In this document: piece by piece, positions 52,975 through 62,895 of the stretch
Numbering within the stretch: the stretch's first letter is position 1
How the letters are laid out: the number at the start of each line of letters is the position of its first letter
Source of the DNA: an uncultured Gemmatimonadales bacterium
GTDB taxonomy: Bacteria > Gemmatimonadota > Gemmatimonadetes > Gemmatimonadales > GWC2-71-9
Length of the DNA stretch: 64,000 nucleotides
Direction: 5' to 3'
Assembly (NCBI GenBank): GCA_963798915.1
Contig: CAWCVB010000006.1
Span: 64,001 to 128,000, forward strand
Position numbers and translations under genes: made by a program
Notes under the pieces: model-generated
Seen by the model: only the letters and a program-made list of their open reading frames with translations
Databases searched by the model: none
Told to the model about the DNA's origin: nothing

Positions 52975-53441
52975 TGGCGAAGCCGGTCCCTGAGCTCGGC
53001 CGCGAGCTCGAAGTTCTCGGTCTCAACCGCGAGGCGGAGCCGCTCCCGCAGGTCTTCCTCCGCGCTCGGCGTGGCGATCGTTCCACGACTGACGTAACGC
53101 TCGCCGACATGGACGGTCGATCCGTGCAGCCGCCGCACCAGCTCCCGCAGCGGGGCCTCGAACGCCGTCCAGCATTCGGCGCAGCCGAGCCGGCCAGTCT
53201 CGCGGAAATTGGCAAAGGTGGCGCCGCAACCGGGACAGCGCTCCAGCGCGCCGTCCGGCGGCGCTTCCGAGTCGCCAATGGCGGCGAGAAAGCTCCCCAA
53301 GGGCGTCTTCCCGGCCGGGGGTGGCTCGACACCTCGTTCAGCGGCGCAACGTTCGCACAGATGCACGGTCGTGACCTGAGCATCCTCGATTTGCGTCAAG
53401 TGGACGACCGCGTCCCGCTCACCGCAATTTTCACAGATCAT
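52971..53441 (-). CDS. mcsA: McsA (zinc-finger/UVR activator of McsB)
   Basis: Four CxxC motifs, GRLGCAEC, HGSTVHVG, UVR motif ENFELAAELRD. Confidence 0.93.
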   Translation of the reverse strand: MICENCGERDAVVHLTQIEDAQVTTVHLCERCAAERGVEPPPAGKTPLGSFLAAIGDSEAPPDGALERCPGCGATFANFRETGRLGCAECWTAFEAPLRELVRRLHGSTVHVGERYVSRGTIATPSAEEDLRERLRLAVETENFELAAELRDRLRQ

Positions 53442-54142
53442 GATGGCATGCCCTCCCATCCCGGGTGGGGTACCAGCAGGCCGCTCTCCATGGACAGGAT
53501 GCGCTCGGCGCGTCCGGCGAACTCCCGGTTGTGCGTCACCACCACAATGGCCGTGTCGAGCTCGCGTGCGAGCCGAGTAAAGAGCACATGCAGCTGATCC
53601 GCGTGGTGATAATCCAGGTTGCCGCTGGGTTCGTCCGCCAGCAGCAGCACCGGCGACATGGCCAGCGCTCGGGCCACGGCCACACGTTGCTGTTCCCCGC
53701 CCGACAATTGCGCCGGGCGATGGGCCAGGCGGGTGGCCAATCCCAAACCGTCCAGCAATGTCGCCGCCCGATCGCGGGCGTCCGTCGTGGCCCGGCCCGC
53801 GATCAGCATCGGCATCATCACGTTCTCCAGCGCCGAAAATTCACGCAGCAGGTGATGAAACTGGAAGACGAATCCTATCTGATGGTTGCGCAGGGCGGCA
53901 AGCTCTACCGGGTCCAGGTCATCATAGGCTACGCCATTGAGCCGGACTCGTCCCGCCGTCGGCCGGTCCAGCGCCCCAAGCAGCTGCAGCAACGTGCTCT
54001 TCCCGGCGCCACTGGCGCCGACGACCGCTACGAACTCGCCTCGAGCCACATCGAGGTCGACACCGGCCAGCACTTCGATCGGCTCACCATCGCCCCCGAG
54101 AAAGATGCGGCGCAAGCCGCTTGCCTCAAGGATGGGCGTCAT
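53438..54142 (-). CDS. lolD: Lipoprotein-releasing ABC transporter ATPase LolD
   Basis: GASGAGKSTLL, GFVFQFHHLL, LSGGEQQR, ADEPSGNLD. Confidence 0.88.
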   Translation of the reverse strand: MTPILEASGLRRIFLGGDGEPIEVLAGVDLDVARGEFVAVVGASGAGKSTLLQLLGALDRPTAGRVRLNGVAYDDLDPVELAALRNHQIGFVFQFHHLLREFSALENVMMPMLIAGRATTDARDRAATLLDGLGLATRLAHRPAQLSGGEQQRVAVARALAMSPVLLLADEPSGNLDYHHADQLHVLFTRLARELDTAIVVVTHNREFAGRAERILSMESGLLVPHPGWEGMPS

Positions 54143-55425
54143 TCGTGACGGATCGCTTCCACCGGCGTCAGGCCGGCGGCTGACCACGAGGGGTATATCG
54201 TGGCCACCACCGCCAGCAGCACGCTGGCCGCGACCACCACTGCCACATCGAGGGGCTGGGTGCGCACCGGCAAGTGGTCAATGAAATAGATTGACGGATC
54301 AATCCGGATCATGCCGGACGAATCGACGATGTAGGAGATACCGAGCCCGAGCACCAGCCCGACGGCGGTTCCCGCGAGGCCGATGATGGCGCCCTGCAGC
54401 AGGAAGATCCGGCCGATGGCAGGCGGCGTCAGGCCCATGGCACGGAGAATCCCGATCTCCCGGGTCTTCTCGGAGACGACCATGGTCAGCGAGCCGACAA
54501 TATTGAACGCCGCCACGACCATGATAAAGAAGATGATCAGGCCCATCGCAAGCTTTTCGAGCTGCAGGGCACTGAAGAGACTCGAGTTCTGCGCCTGCCA
54601 GTCGAGGGCCCGGAACGGGTACCGGAGTTCGTCCTCCAGGCGCCGGCCGACTGCCGGCGCGTCGTCGGGCTCGCGGACCCGTACCGCGATGCTGGAGACA
54701 GCGTCGCCCAGTCCGGTGAATTGCTGGGCCGTGGCCAGTGACATCACTACGAACTGGTTGTCGTACTGGAACATTCCTGTGTTGAACAGGCCGGTGACCT
54801 CGAAGCGCCAGAACCGCGGGGTCGCCACGCCCAGTGCCCGGTTCACCTTGGCGGCCGTAGGCGGGATCAGGGTGATGACATCGCCGGTGAACGCATTGAT
54901 GCGGGAGGCGAGTCGCTCGCCCAGGAGGATCGCTCCATCCACACTGTCGACGGTGGTCCGGAATGAGAGGTCTCCCCGGACCAGCGATGACGGCAGCGAC
55001 GTGACCGAGCGGCGTCCAGTATCGGGGTCAACACCCAGGACGTTCACTGCCTCCGCGTAGTCCGCCCCCTTGGTGATCACCGTCTGGGAGATGACCTCGG
55101 GCGCAGCCGCCACGACGTCGGGATCGCGACGGATCCGGCTGACCACGTCGCGCCAGTCGTCCACCCGAAGCCCTGCACCGTAGGTCAGGACCCGCAGGTG
55201 CGGACTGGCCACCAGGATGCGGTCGCGCAAGTCGTTGCGAAGGCCGTTCATGACACCAAGGACGACGATCAGCGCCATGACGCCCACAGTGACGCCGCCA
55301 ACCGAAATCAGGGTATTCAGGGACGCGCCGCGCCGCGCGCGGCGGCCCCGCAGGTAGCGCGCAGCGATCCGGCGCTCCAGCGCGGAGGGCCAGCGGAAGA
55401 GCGAAAAGAGCCCCCCGCCCGTCAT
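54139..55425 (-). CDS. Lipoprotein-releasing ABC transporter permease LolC/E
   Basis: VLGVMNG, AAFNIVGSLTMVVSEKTREIGILRAMG, YFIDHLP, EAIRHE. Confidence 0.92.
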   Translation of the reverse strand: MTGGGLFSLFRWPSALERRIAARYLRGRRARRGASLNTLISVGGVTVGVMALIVVLGVMNGLRNDLRDRILVASPHLRVLTYGAGLRVDDWRDVVSRIRRDPDVVAAAPEVISQTVITKGADYAEAVNVLGVDPDTGRRSVTSLPSSLVRGDLSFRTTVDSVDGAILLGERLASRINAFTGDVITLIPPTAAKVNRALGVATPRFWRFEVTGLFNTGMFQYDNQFVVMSLATAQQFTGLGDAVSSIAVRVREPDDAPAVGRRLEDELRYPFRALDWQAQNSSLFSALQLEKLAMGLIIFFIMVVAAFNIVGSLTMVVSEKTREIGILRAMGLTPPAIGRIFLLQGAIIGLAGTAVGLVLGLGISYIVDSSGMIRIDPSIYFIDHLPVRTQPLDVAVVVAASVLLAVVATIYPSWSAAGLTPVEAIRHE

Positions 55426-56939
55426 CCATCTTCCGGGCGCATGGCCGGAAAGAGGATAACGTCGCGAATCGATGCCGAGCCGGTCAGCATCATCACCAAC
55501 CGGTCGATGCCGAGGCCCAGCCCGCCCGCTGGTGGCATGCCATACTCGAGCGCCCGAATGTAGTCCTGGTCATAGGGCTGGGTCTCGTCGTCACCCGACT
55601 CCCGCTGGCGGACCTGGTCCTCGAACCGGGCGCGCTGGTCGTCCGGATCATTGAGTTCGCTGAAGGCGTTGGCCCACTCGGTACCATTCACGATCAGCTC
55701 GAAGCGTTCGACCAGGCGTGGATCGTCGCGGTGAACTTTGGCGAGCGGTGAGAGGGCCTTCGGATGGTCCAGCACGAAGGTCGGCTGCACCAGCGATGCT
55801 TCGACGCTGACCTTGAAGAGTTCGTCCTGCAGCTTGGCGCCTCCCCACGGCGACGACTCGCCGGTCGGCACACCCAGCCGCGCCAGCGCCTCCCGCATCG
55901 ATACATCATCAGCGCTACGCACATCCACGCCGGTTCGCTCCAGGATGGCGTCGACGAAGCGCACCCGGGCGAATGGCGGCGAAAAATCATAGGTCTGGCC
56001 GTCGCGTTCGATGGTGGAGCCGCCCGAGGTCGTTCGGACAACACCAGCGACCAGCGCCTCGCACAGCTCCATCATGCCGTGGTAGTCCGTGTAGGCCTGG
56101 TAGAGCTCCAGCATGGTGAATTCCGGGTTGTGCGTCCGATCCATTCCCTCATTGCGGAAGTCATGCCCGATCTCGTACACCCGTTCAAATCCGCCCACCA
56201 GCAGCCGCTTGAGGTAGAGTTCGTCCGCAATGCGCAGATAGAGCGGCATGTCAAGCGCATTGTGATGCGTCACGAACGGCCGCGCCGCGGCGCCCCCGTA
56301 CAGGGGCTGCAGCACCGGGGTCTCCACTTCCAGAAAACCGCGTCCGTCGAGGAAACCCCGGATCCAGGTCAACGCGCGCGCGCGCGTCCGGAAGACTTCA
56401 CGGACATCCTGGCGAACGGCGAGATCAGCATAGCGCTGTCGATAACGCACTTCGGGATCGACGAGCCCGCCGTGGAGAATTTCTCGCCCCTCGACCAGCT
56501 GGCTCTTGCCCCGCGGCAGCGGGCGAAGCGACTTGCTGAGGATGACAATCGACGCGGCCCGGATGGTGATCTCGCCGGTCCGGGTGCGGAAAAGGCTGCC
56601 CGTAACGCCGACATGGTCATCGAGGTCCAGCAGCGCAACCAGTGGCCATTGGTCTCCCAGCGCGTCCTGACGCAGGTACGCCTGGATCCGTCCGGACGCG
56701 TCTTCCAGGTGCGCAAACGCCGTCTTGCCCTGGGACCGCAGCGAGACGATCCGCCCCGCCACGACGACCGAGGGCCCGGCTTCACCGAGGCTGTCGTCCC
56801 ACGCTGCCAGGGCAGCGGCGGCACTGTGAGTCCGGTCAAAGCGGTAGGCGAATGGAAGGATGCCCATGGCGGCGATCGCGTCGCGCTTGGCGCGCCGGTG
56901 CGTCTCGATGTAGCCCGGGTTCTCCACCTGGTCGGTCAC
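55422..56939 (-). CDS. lysS: Lysine--tRNA ligase (class II)
   Basis: YRQRYADL, GGAAARPF, FRNEG, HNPEFT, YGMPPAGGLGLGIDRL. Confidence 0.98.
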   Translation of the reverse strand: MTDQVENPGYIETHRRAKRDAIAAMGILPFAYRFDRTHSAAAALAAWDDSLGEAGPSVVVAGRIVSLRSQGKTAFAHLEDASGRIQAYLRQDALGDQWPLVALLDLDDHVGVTGSLFRTRTGEITIRAASIVILSKSLRPLPRGKSQLVEGREILHGGLVDPEVRYRQRYADLAVRQDVREVFRTRARALTWIRGFLDGRGFLEVETPVLQPLYGGAAARPFVTHHNALDMPLYLRIADELYLKRLLVGGFERVYEIGHDFRNEGMDRTHNPEFTMLELYQAYTDYHGMMELCEALVAGVVRTTSGGSTIERDGQTYDFSPPFARVRFVDAILERTGVDVRSADDVSMREALARLGVPTGESSPWGGAKLQDELFKVSVEASLVQPTFVLDHPKALSPLAKVHRDDPRLVERFELIVNGTEWANAFSELNDPDDQRARFEDQVRQRESGDDETQPYDQDYIRALEYGMPPAGGLGLGIDRLVMMLTGSASIRDVILFPAMRPEDG

Positions 56940-58040
56940 GCGGCTGTCCCCCCGAACTGCTTCAGATACGCCTCGATGAACTGCTCAAGATCGCCATCCA
57001 TCACACGCTGGACGTCGGTCACCTTCACTTCGGTGCGATGATCGTTCACCATGGTGTAGGGCTGGAAGACATATGACCGGATCTGGTTGCCCCAGGAGAT
57101 GTCGGTCTTGGTGGCCTCAACCGCGGCCTTTGCCGCCTGCTGCTCCTCCAGCTTCCGCTGGTAGATGGCCGCACGCAGCATCTTCATGGCCGTATCCTTG
57201 TTCTTGTGCTGGCTGCGCTCCTGCTGGCACGAGACGACCAGGCCGGTCGGGATATGGGTGAGGCGCACCGCCGATGAGGTCTTGTTGATGTGCTGCCCAC
57301 CCGCGCCCGACGCCCGGAAGACATCCATCTTGATGTCCTCATCGCGCAGGTCCACCTCGATGGTGTCGTCGATGTCAGGGTACACGAAGACGGAGGCGAA
57401 GGAGGTATGGCGACGGGCCTGCGAATCATACGGCGAGATGCGGACCAGGCGGTGCACGCCTTTCTCAGCCTTCAGGAACCCATAGGCGTACTCGCCGGTG
57501 ATTTCCACCGTGGCGGACTTGATGCCGGCTTCCTCACCGGCGACCATGTCGAGCACACGGACGCCGAAGCCCTTCCGTTCCGCCCAGCGCACGTACATCC
57601 GCATGAGCATCTCGGCCCAGTCCTGCGACTCGGTGCCGCCGGCACCCGGATGGATCGTGAGCAGCGCGTCACGCCGATCGTCGGTCCCACGCAGCATGGT
57701 CTTGAGCTCAAAGCCGGCGACCCGTTCGCCAAGCCGGACGACTTCCGCCTCCAGCTCGCCCTGCATGGATTCATCCGGTTCCGTGGCGAGCAGCTCTGCC
57801 ATCTCCCGGGCAATGGTGACGCGCCCGTCGATTTCCTCGAACGGCGTCACCCACCCCTTGAGCTGCTTGACCTCCTGTACCAGTTGACGCGCACGCTCCT
57901 GATTGGTCCAGAAGGCCGGATCGGCCTGCTGTGCCTCGAGATCGGCAATGCGGGCGCGCTTGGCGTCCAGGTCAAAGAAAACCTCGAAGTTCGGCCACAC
58001 GCGTGGCGAGGTCGGCGATCAGCTCGGTCAGGTCGGGCAT
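56936..58040 (-). CDS. prfB: Peptide chain release factor 2 with programmed +1 frameshift
   Basis: ATG 58040 reads MPDLTELIADLATRVAELRGFL then CTT-TGA-C; downstream frame has GGTESQDW, SPY, GAGGQH, QIRSYV. Confidence 0.96.
57971..57985 (-). promoter_or_regulatory. prfB +1 frameshift signal
   Basis: GAGGT-TTT-CTT-TGA-C: internal SD-like element plus the CTTTGAC slippery stop. Confidence 0.93.
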
Positions 58041-58125
58041 CTATGCTCCCAGTCAGCTAAAACGTGAGCCGCCTGTCCGCCCGGCGGCGGAGAGGCGGCT
58101 CCGGGTTTCCCAAAGATAGACCGCC

Positions 58126-58956
58126 CTAGAAGATCTGGCGACCGTCCGCAAGAATTTCATTCAGTGCGTCGTGGAAATGTGTCGTCGAATCGGCGATCTC
58201 CTTGCCGACCTGGTCCACATACTCCTCCCAGCTCTTCTTGATTTCCTCATCGAACAACGTCTTCAGACTCCCGTCCCGCAGACCCTCCCGTCGCTTGGCC
58301 GGGTGGTAGACCACCATGTCGGAAATGAGCGCGCGAGCGAGCCGCCGCGCCTTCTGGGACGGATCCTGGGAAAGAAATGGATTGACGGCCCGTCGCGGCT
58401 CAGGCGCGGGCCCACGCGGTGCCGCCGGCGGTGCGGCCGGTCGGGGCGGCACACCAGCGGGACGGGGCATGGCGGGCGGCGGCGCCATCGGCCGCGCCGG
58501 TGCCGCCGAAAAGCCCTCCGCGCGGCCCGGAGTGGCAATCGGCGGTCGCGGCGCCGCAGCCGCCGGCCTCGGCGGCTCAACAGGCGGCTCGGGGCGCGGA
58601 GCCGGCCGCGGTGGCTCCGGTGGCGGGGCCGGACGCTCAGGCGCGGCGGCCGCGGGCGGCTGCGCGGCCGTCGGCGCTGGTGGCGCCTGCATCGCGGCTG
58701 GCTCGACCCTGGGCTCCCGCGCGACCGGCGGTGGCGCAGGCGCCGAGAGCACCGGCTCGAGCGCATCACCGGAGGGACCGGCGGTCGGAACGGCAGCCGG
58801 AAATCTGGGGGCGTCGCCCCCCGACGCGGGCGCTGCCTCGCGACTGACCGGAAAGATGGCGCTGCAGACGGCGCATCGCGCCCGCACGCCCTGCTCCGGC
58901 ACCTTGGCCGGATCGACCCGGTACATGGTGGCACAATTGGGGCACGTCACATTCAT
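58126..58956 (-). CDS. Zinc-ribbon (MJ0042-type) protein with Pro/Ala linker and C-terminal helical domain
   Basis: CPNC...RARCAVC, long P/A-rich linker, KARRLARALISDMVVY. Confidence 0.8.
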   Translation of the reverse strand: MNVTCPNCATMYRVDPAKVPEQGVRARCAVCSAIFPVSREAAPASGGDAPRFPAAVPTAGPSGDALEPVLSAPAPPPVAREPRVEPAAMQAPPAPTAAQPPAAAAPERPAPPPEPPRPAPRPEPPVEPPRPAAAAPRPPIATPGRAEGFSAAPARPMAPPPAMPRPAGVPPRPAAPPAAPRGPAPEPRRAVNPFLSQDPSQKARRLARALISDMVVYHPAKRREGLRDGSLKTLFDEEIKKSWEEYVDQVGKEIADSTTHFHDALNEILADGRQIF

Positions 58957-58966
58957 CGCTGATTCC

Positions 58967-59935
58967 TCATCGCTGTTCCCGCCGCCCAGCACCGTCCCCG
59001 CTCTGCCGCCGGTCGACCACGAAGATCGAGCCTGGCAGGGTCTTGGCGTAACTCTTCATTTCAGTGGCAAGCTCACTGACCTGGGCCGGATGCATGAATT
59101 GCCGGTGCCGGTTGGTCACAATGCCGATCGACAGCGTCATGAGTGGCACCCGATGGAGCTGGCCCCGCCGATCCTTGCCGAAGAAGTAACCGGCCCGGCG
59201 ATCCTGCTCATTGTACTGGAGCGGGATCAATGTGTCGAAGACCGAGAGGACTTCGGTGCAGACATTGTGGATCTCGCCTCCGGGGATGACGAAGATGAAA
59301 TCATCACCGCCGATATGACCGACGAAGCCACTGCGCCCCGTCATGCCCTTCACCACGTCGTGAAGGATGCGCGACAGCAGGTAGATGACCCGGTCGCCGT
59401 CATAGTAGGAGTAGCGGTCGTTGAACTCCTTGAAATGATCGAGGTCGGCGTAACAGACCGCAAACTCGCCGGTCTGTTCCAGCCGGCGGCGTATCTCACG
59501 CTCGATCTCGGTGGTGCCTGGCAGCCGGGTGGAGGGATGCACGGAGACATCCCGCTCGGTGCGAAGCGACATCGCCGAGATGCGTGCCTCCTGCTCGGCC
59601 AGCGAGAAGAGTCCGGTGAGGACTTCATCGGCACCGGCCCGGAACCAGGCCTCGACCGATTCGGCCTCATGCGTGGCGATCAGGGCGGTCACTGGCACGA
59701 TGGCGGTGAACGCATCGCTCTTGAGCCGTGCAACCAGCTCGACGCCGGCGGAGCCGGAGGCGTCGGCGTTCACCACCAGGATGCCCGGGTGGCCGCGAAG
59801 GATGATTGACTCGACTTCGTCGGCCGAGCTGAACTGCTTGACCGGCAACGCCTGCTGCTGCGCCCAGCGCTCGATCAGCGCGGGGACGGGGCCGCCATCC
59901 GGCGAAAAGAAGAGAATCGTCGGGCGAGTCCGCAC
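58967..59935 (-). CDS. GGDEF-domain protein with degenerate receiver domain
   Basis: PSTRLPG, ADLDHFKEFND, GHIGGDDF; N-terminal REC-like segment (AGADEVL). Confidence 0.88.
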   Translation of the reverse strand: MRTRPTILFFSPDGGPVPALIERWAQQQALPVKQFSSADEVESIILRGHPGILVVNADASGSAGVELVARLKSDAFTAIVPVTALIATHEAESVEAWFRAGADEVLTGLFSLAEQEARISAMSLRTERDVSVHPSTRLPGTTEIEREIRRRLEQTGEFAVCYADLDHFKEFNDRYSYYDGDRVIYLLSRILHDVVKGMTGRSGFVGHIGGDDFIFVIPGGEIHNVCTEVLSVFDTLIPLQYNEQDRRAGYFFGKDRRGQLHRVPLMTLSIGIVTNRHRQFMHPAQVSELATEMKSYAKTLPGSIFVVDRRQSGDGAGRREQR

Positions 59936-59966
59936 CCAGTCCCTCAGGTAAGAGACGAAATCACGC

Positions 59967-59996
59967 TAACTTACGAGGCCGCCACGGGCAAGTCAA
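59967..59996 (-). promoter_or_regulatory. Putative sigma70 promoter of the GGDEF gene
   Basis: TTGACT-N17-TAAGTT overlapping the cax stop. Confidence 0.45.
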
Positions 59997-61825
59997 ACAA
60001 AGTAGGCTGCAATGGCGATCAGGGCATAGACCGCCAGGAGCATGACACCCTCGAACCAGTGCGACTCGCCATCGGTCGTGCCGATCGCGGTGACCAGGAC
60101 GGCCAGCCCAAGGGCCATGACCTCGAAGGGTGCAAACACCAGGTTCATGTCGCGGCCCATGAGGACCCCTGCAAAAACCAGCACGGGAGCCACCAGCAAG
60201 GCGATCTGGGTGCTGGAACCGAATGCTATCTGCAGCGACAGGTCCATCTTGCCTCGCCGGGCCATCATGATGGCCGAGGCATGTTCCGCCGCATTGCCGA
60301 TCAACGGAATGATGATGAGGCCCACGAACATGGTGCTGAGGCCCAAGGCTCCCCCGGCCCCCTGCACACTCTGCACCAGCACCTCGGCAAGAAAGGCGAC
60401 TCCTGCGGTCGCGATTGCCAGCACCAGCACGGCCTTGCCCACACCCCAGGCCCGTCGCGGAATTTCGTGCGGGTCGCCACCCATCAGCCAGCGGTGGGTC
60501 TTCAAACTGAAGAGCAGCGAAAATCCATACGTGATTATCAGGATGACAGCGACCGCTTCCGACAGATGCAGCTCGGTCAGACGCTGGTTGGCTGGATGCG
60601 ATGCGTGGAACAGTGCCGGAAATACGAGTCCGACAACGGCTGCGGCAAGCATGCCGGCGCTGATTCCCGGTGCCGCTCGACCGAAGCGCAGTTCACTCGA
60701 GCGCACGCCGCCAGCGACCAGCGACAGTCCCAGGATGAGGAGCAGGTTGCCAAGGATGCTTCCGGTGATCGAATACTTGACGAGCTCGATCTCCCCCGCC
60801 TGGAGGGCCATGAGGCCGAGGATCAGTTCCGCGGCGTTGCCGAACGTGGCGTTCAGAAGCCCACCGATGGTGGGCCCCGTATGGGCCGCCAAGTGCTCCG
60901 TAGCGTCGCCCATGAACCCAGCCAACGGCACTACCGCGACACAGGCCGCCAGGAAACAGAGCAGCGGGGCCTGGCCGGTATACTGGGCCCACACGGCAAC
61001 TGGGAGCGCCCCAAGCAGCACACGCCGCCAGAGTGGCCCCCAGGAGTCGGGATCCTTACGGAGGTGTTTGAGCGGCCGGCGCGACCTGACGACCGGCTCC
61101 TCGCTCTCAGCCGAGGAGGCGAGTGGCGCTGCGGCAGCCGGGCGCGCCTCGGGCCTCTGGCGCGGCTCCGGTCGCGGCTCTTCGGCAACCCGCTCGCGGC
61201 GACGCTCGGCCTTGGTCCTTCGGCTCCTCCGCTCAGAAGGTTCACGCCGCGAGCGGGTCTCGGACGATGCCTGCGGCACCGAGTCCGCCGCCGGCTCGGC
61301 CTCCGCTTCCGGTGGCTTAGGGGCGTCGACATCAGGGGCGACTGACCCCGCGCTGCCACGCCGCTCTCGCTGCCGCACCTCCCGGGGCAACGGCTCGAGA
61401 CCGGTAGCGGCATAAATCGCGTCTCTCACGGCGCGGGGAGAGGCACCGAGGTCGCCCAGCACCTTGGCCAGGGAGCCACGCGGTTCGGCAAAGGCGGCGA
61501 TAAGCAGGTGGGTGGTGTCGGGCTCGGTGGCCCGGCCGGTCGCCTCGCGCGTGGCCGCGGCCGCGAGGCGGCGACCCTGGCTCGACAGGACCAGTTCGCC
61601 CTCTGGCGGAGGTGACTTCCCCGGCCTGATGCCAGCCTGGATACGTTCGCGCAGGTCCTCGACGGCAACGCCGGCACTTCGGACAGCGGCTTCGGCCGCC
61701 GGGGTGGCCAGCGCCACGAGCAGCAGGTGCTCGGCCGTGATGGCATCGCTGCCGCGGGCCACGGCCTCGGTCCGCGCAGCTTCGAGAAAGGCCAGCTCCG
61801 CCGGGCCTCCTGGCGGCTCAGTCAA
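59993..61825 (-). CDS. cax: Ca2+/H+ antiporter (CAX/ChaA family) fused to an N-terminal Clp-N domain
   Basis: [41 protein letters not shown]-terminus has a Clp-N repeat (AEHLLL); TTG start at 61825 inferred. Confidence 0.88.
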   Translation of the reverse strand: MTEPPGGPAELAFLEAARTEAVARGSDAITAEHLLLVALATPAAEAAVRSAGVAVEDLRERIQAGIRPGKSPPPEGELVLSSQGRRLAAAATREATGRATEPDTTHLLIAAFAEPRGSLAKVLGDLGASPRAVRDAIYAATGLEPLPREVRQRERRGSAGSVAPDVDAPKPPEAEAEPAADSVPQASSETRSRREPSERRSRRTKAERRRERVAEEPRPEPRQRPEARPAAAAPLASSAESEEPVVRSRRPLKHLRKDPDSWGPLWRRVLLGALPVAVWAQYTGQAPLLCFLAACVAVVPLAGFMGDATEHLAAHTGPTIGGLLNATFGNAAELILGLMALQAGEIELVKYSITGSILGNLLLILGLSLVAGGVRSSELRFGRAAPGISAGMLAAAVVGLVFPALFHASHPANQRLTELHLSEAVAVILIITYGFSLLFSLKTHRWLMGGDPHEIPRRAWGVGKAVLVLAIATAGVAFLAEVLVQSVQGAGGALGLSTMFVGLIIIPLIGNAAEHASAIMMARRGKMDLSLQIAFGSSTQIALLVAPVLVFAGVLMGRDMNLVFAPFEVMALGLAVLVTAIGTTDGESHWFEGVMLLAVYALIAIAAYFV

Positions 61826-61991
61826 GCGGCTTCGCCTCGTCAACGAGCATGATCGGAATGCCGTCCTCGACGGCATACACGAGGCGGCAGGCATGGCAGA
61901 TCAGTGATTCCGGTGGCGCCTCGTGGTACTCGAGCTCGCCCTTGCATGCGGGGCAGACGAGAATTTCCAGCAACTCGGCGTTGAGCGTCAT
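61818..61991 (-). CDS. Trm112/YcaR family small zinc-binding protein
   Basis: [12 protein letters not shown]...[15 protein letters not shown]. Confidence 0.92.
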   Translation of the reverse strand: MTLNAELLEILVCPACKGELEYHEAPPESLICHACRLVYAVEDGIPIMLVDEAKPLD

Positions 61992-62860
61992 GTCTTCTCC
62001 GAATCTGAAACAGGAAAACCAAGGCGCGAGAGCGCAGCCGCGTTGCGGCGCCACTTGGGCAGCACTTTGACCCAGAGATCGAGGTACACGCGCCCTCCGA
62101 GCAGATCCTCGAGCCGGCGGCGTGCGTGTTCCCCGATGGCCTTGATGGTGCGTCCGCCGCGGCCCACCACCATGCCCTTCTGGGACTCACGTTCGACATA
62201 GAGCGTCACTCGAATGTACACCGGCGATTCCGCCTCCCGATACTCCTCGACCTCGGCGGCAAAGCCATAGGGCAATTCGTCCTGCAGGAACTCGAACGCG
62301 GCTTCCCGCAGATACTCCGTGGCGAAGAATCGGACGGGCTGGGTGCCGATGTCGTCAGGGTCGTACGCGAACTCCCGCTCCGGCAACCGCGCGCGCAGTT
62401 GCGCCAGGAGCTCCGTCAGCGATCCCGGCTCCCGGGCGCTGACAACCAGCGCCGCCTGTGCCAGCTGCCGGCGGGCGTCGTCCGGGACGAGGTCCGCCTT
62501 GGTATAGACCGTGATCACCGGCGCGTGCGGAGGTGCAGTCAGCCGAGCCGAGCTCATGAAAGGCGGCGCAGGAGCGTCCGGCGCAGGATGGACATGCACG
62601 ATCAGGTCCGCTGCGTCTATCCCGGCCTGTGCCGCGGCCATCATGCGCGCCTGCATCAGGTAGGCAGGATCCATCAGCCCCGGCAGATCCACGAACACAT
62701 ACTGGGTGTCACCATCGGTCAGCAGGCCAGTCACGGGCAGCCGGGTAGCCTGCGGTCGCGGGCTCACAATAGCCAGATGAGAGCCAACCACCGCATTCAT
62801 CAACGTCGACTTGCCGGCATTGGGAGCGCCGGCGAGTGCAATCCGTCCGCAGCGTGTCAT
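61988..62860 (-). CDS. era: GTPase Era
   Basis: [40 protein letters not shown] domain, LWVKV. Confidence 0.95.
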   Translation of the reverse strand: MTRCGRIALAGAPNAGKSTLMNAVVGSHLAIVSPRPQATRLPVTGLLTDGDTQYVFVDLPGLMDPAYLMQARMMAAAQAGIDAADLIVHVHPAPDAPAPPFMSSARLTAPPHAPVITVYTKADLVPDDARRQLAQAALVVSAREPGSLTELLAQLRARLPEREFAYDPDDIGTQPVRFFATEYLREAAFEFLQDELPYGFAAEVEEYREAESPVYIRVTLYVERESQKGMVVGRGGRTIKAIGEHARRRLEDLLGGRVYLDLWVKVLPKWRRNAAALSRLGFPVSDSEKT

Positions 62861-62895
62861 GCGGATAACGTAACAGCGCGATTACACTTCTCAGA

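Noticed and set aside
58390..58850. GC-rich quasi-repeats as a tandem repeat or CRISPR array
   Set aside because: They encode a Pro/Ala linker; no fixed repeat-spacer period and no cas genes.
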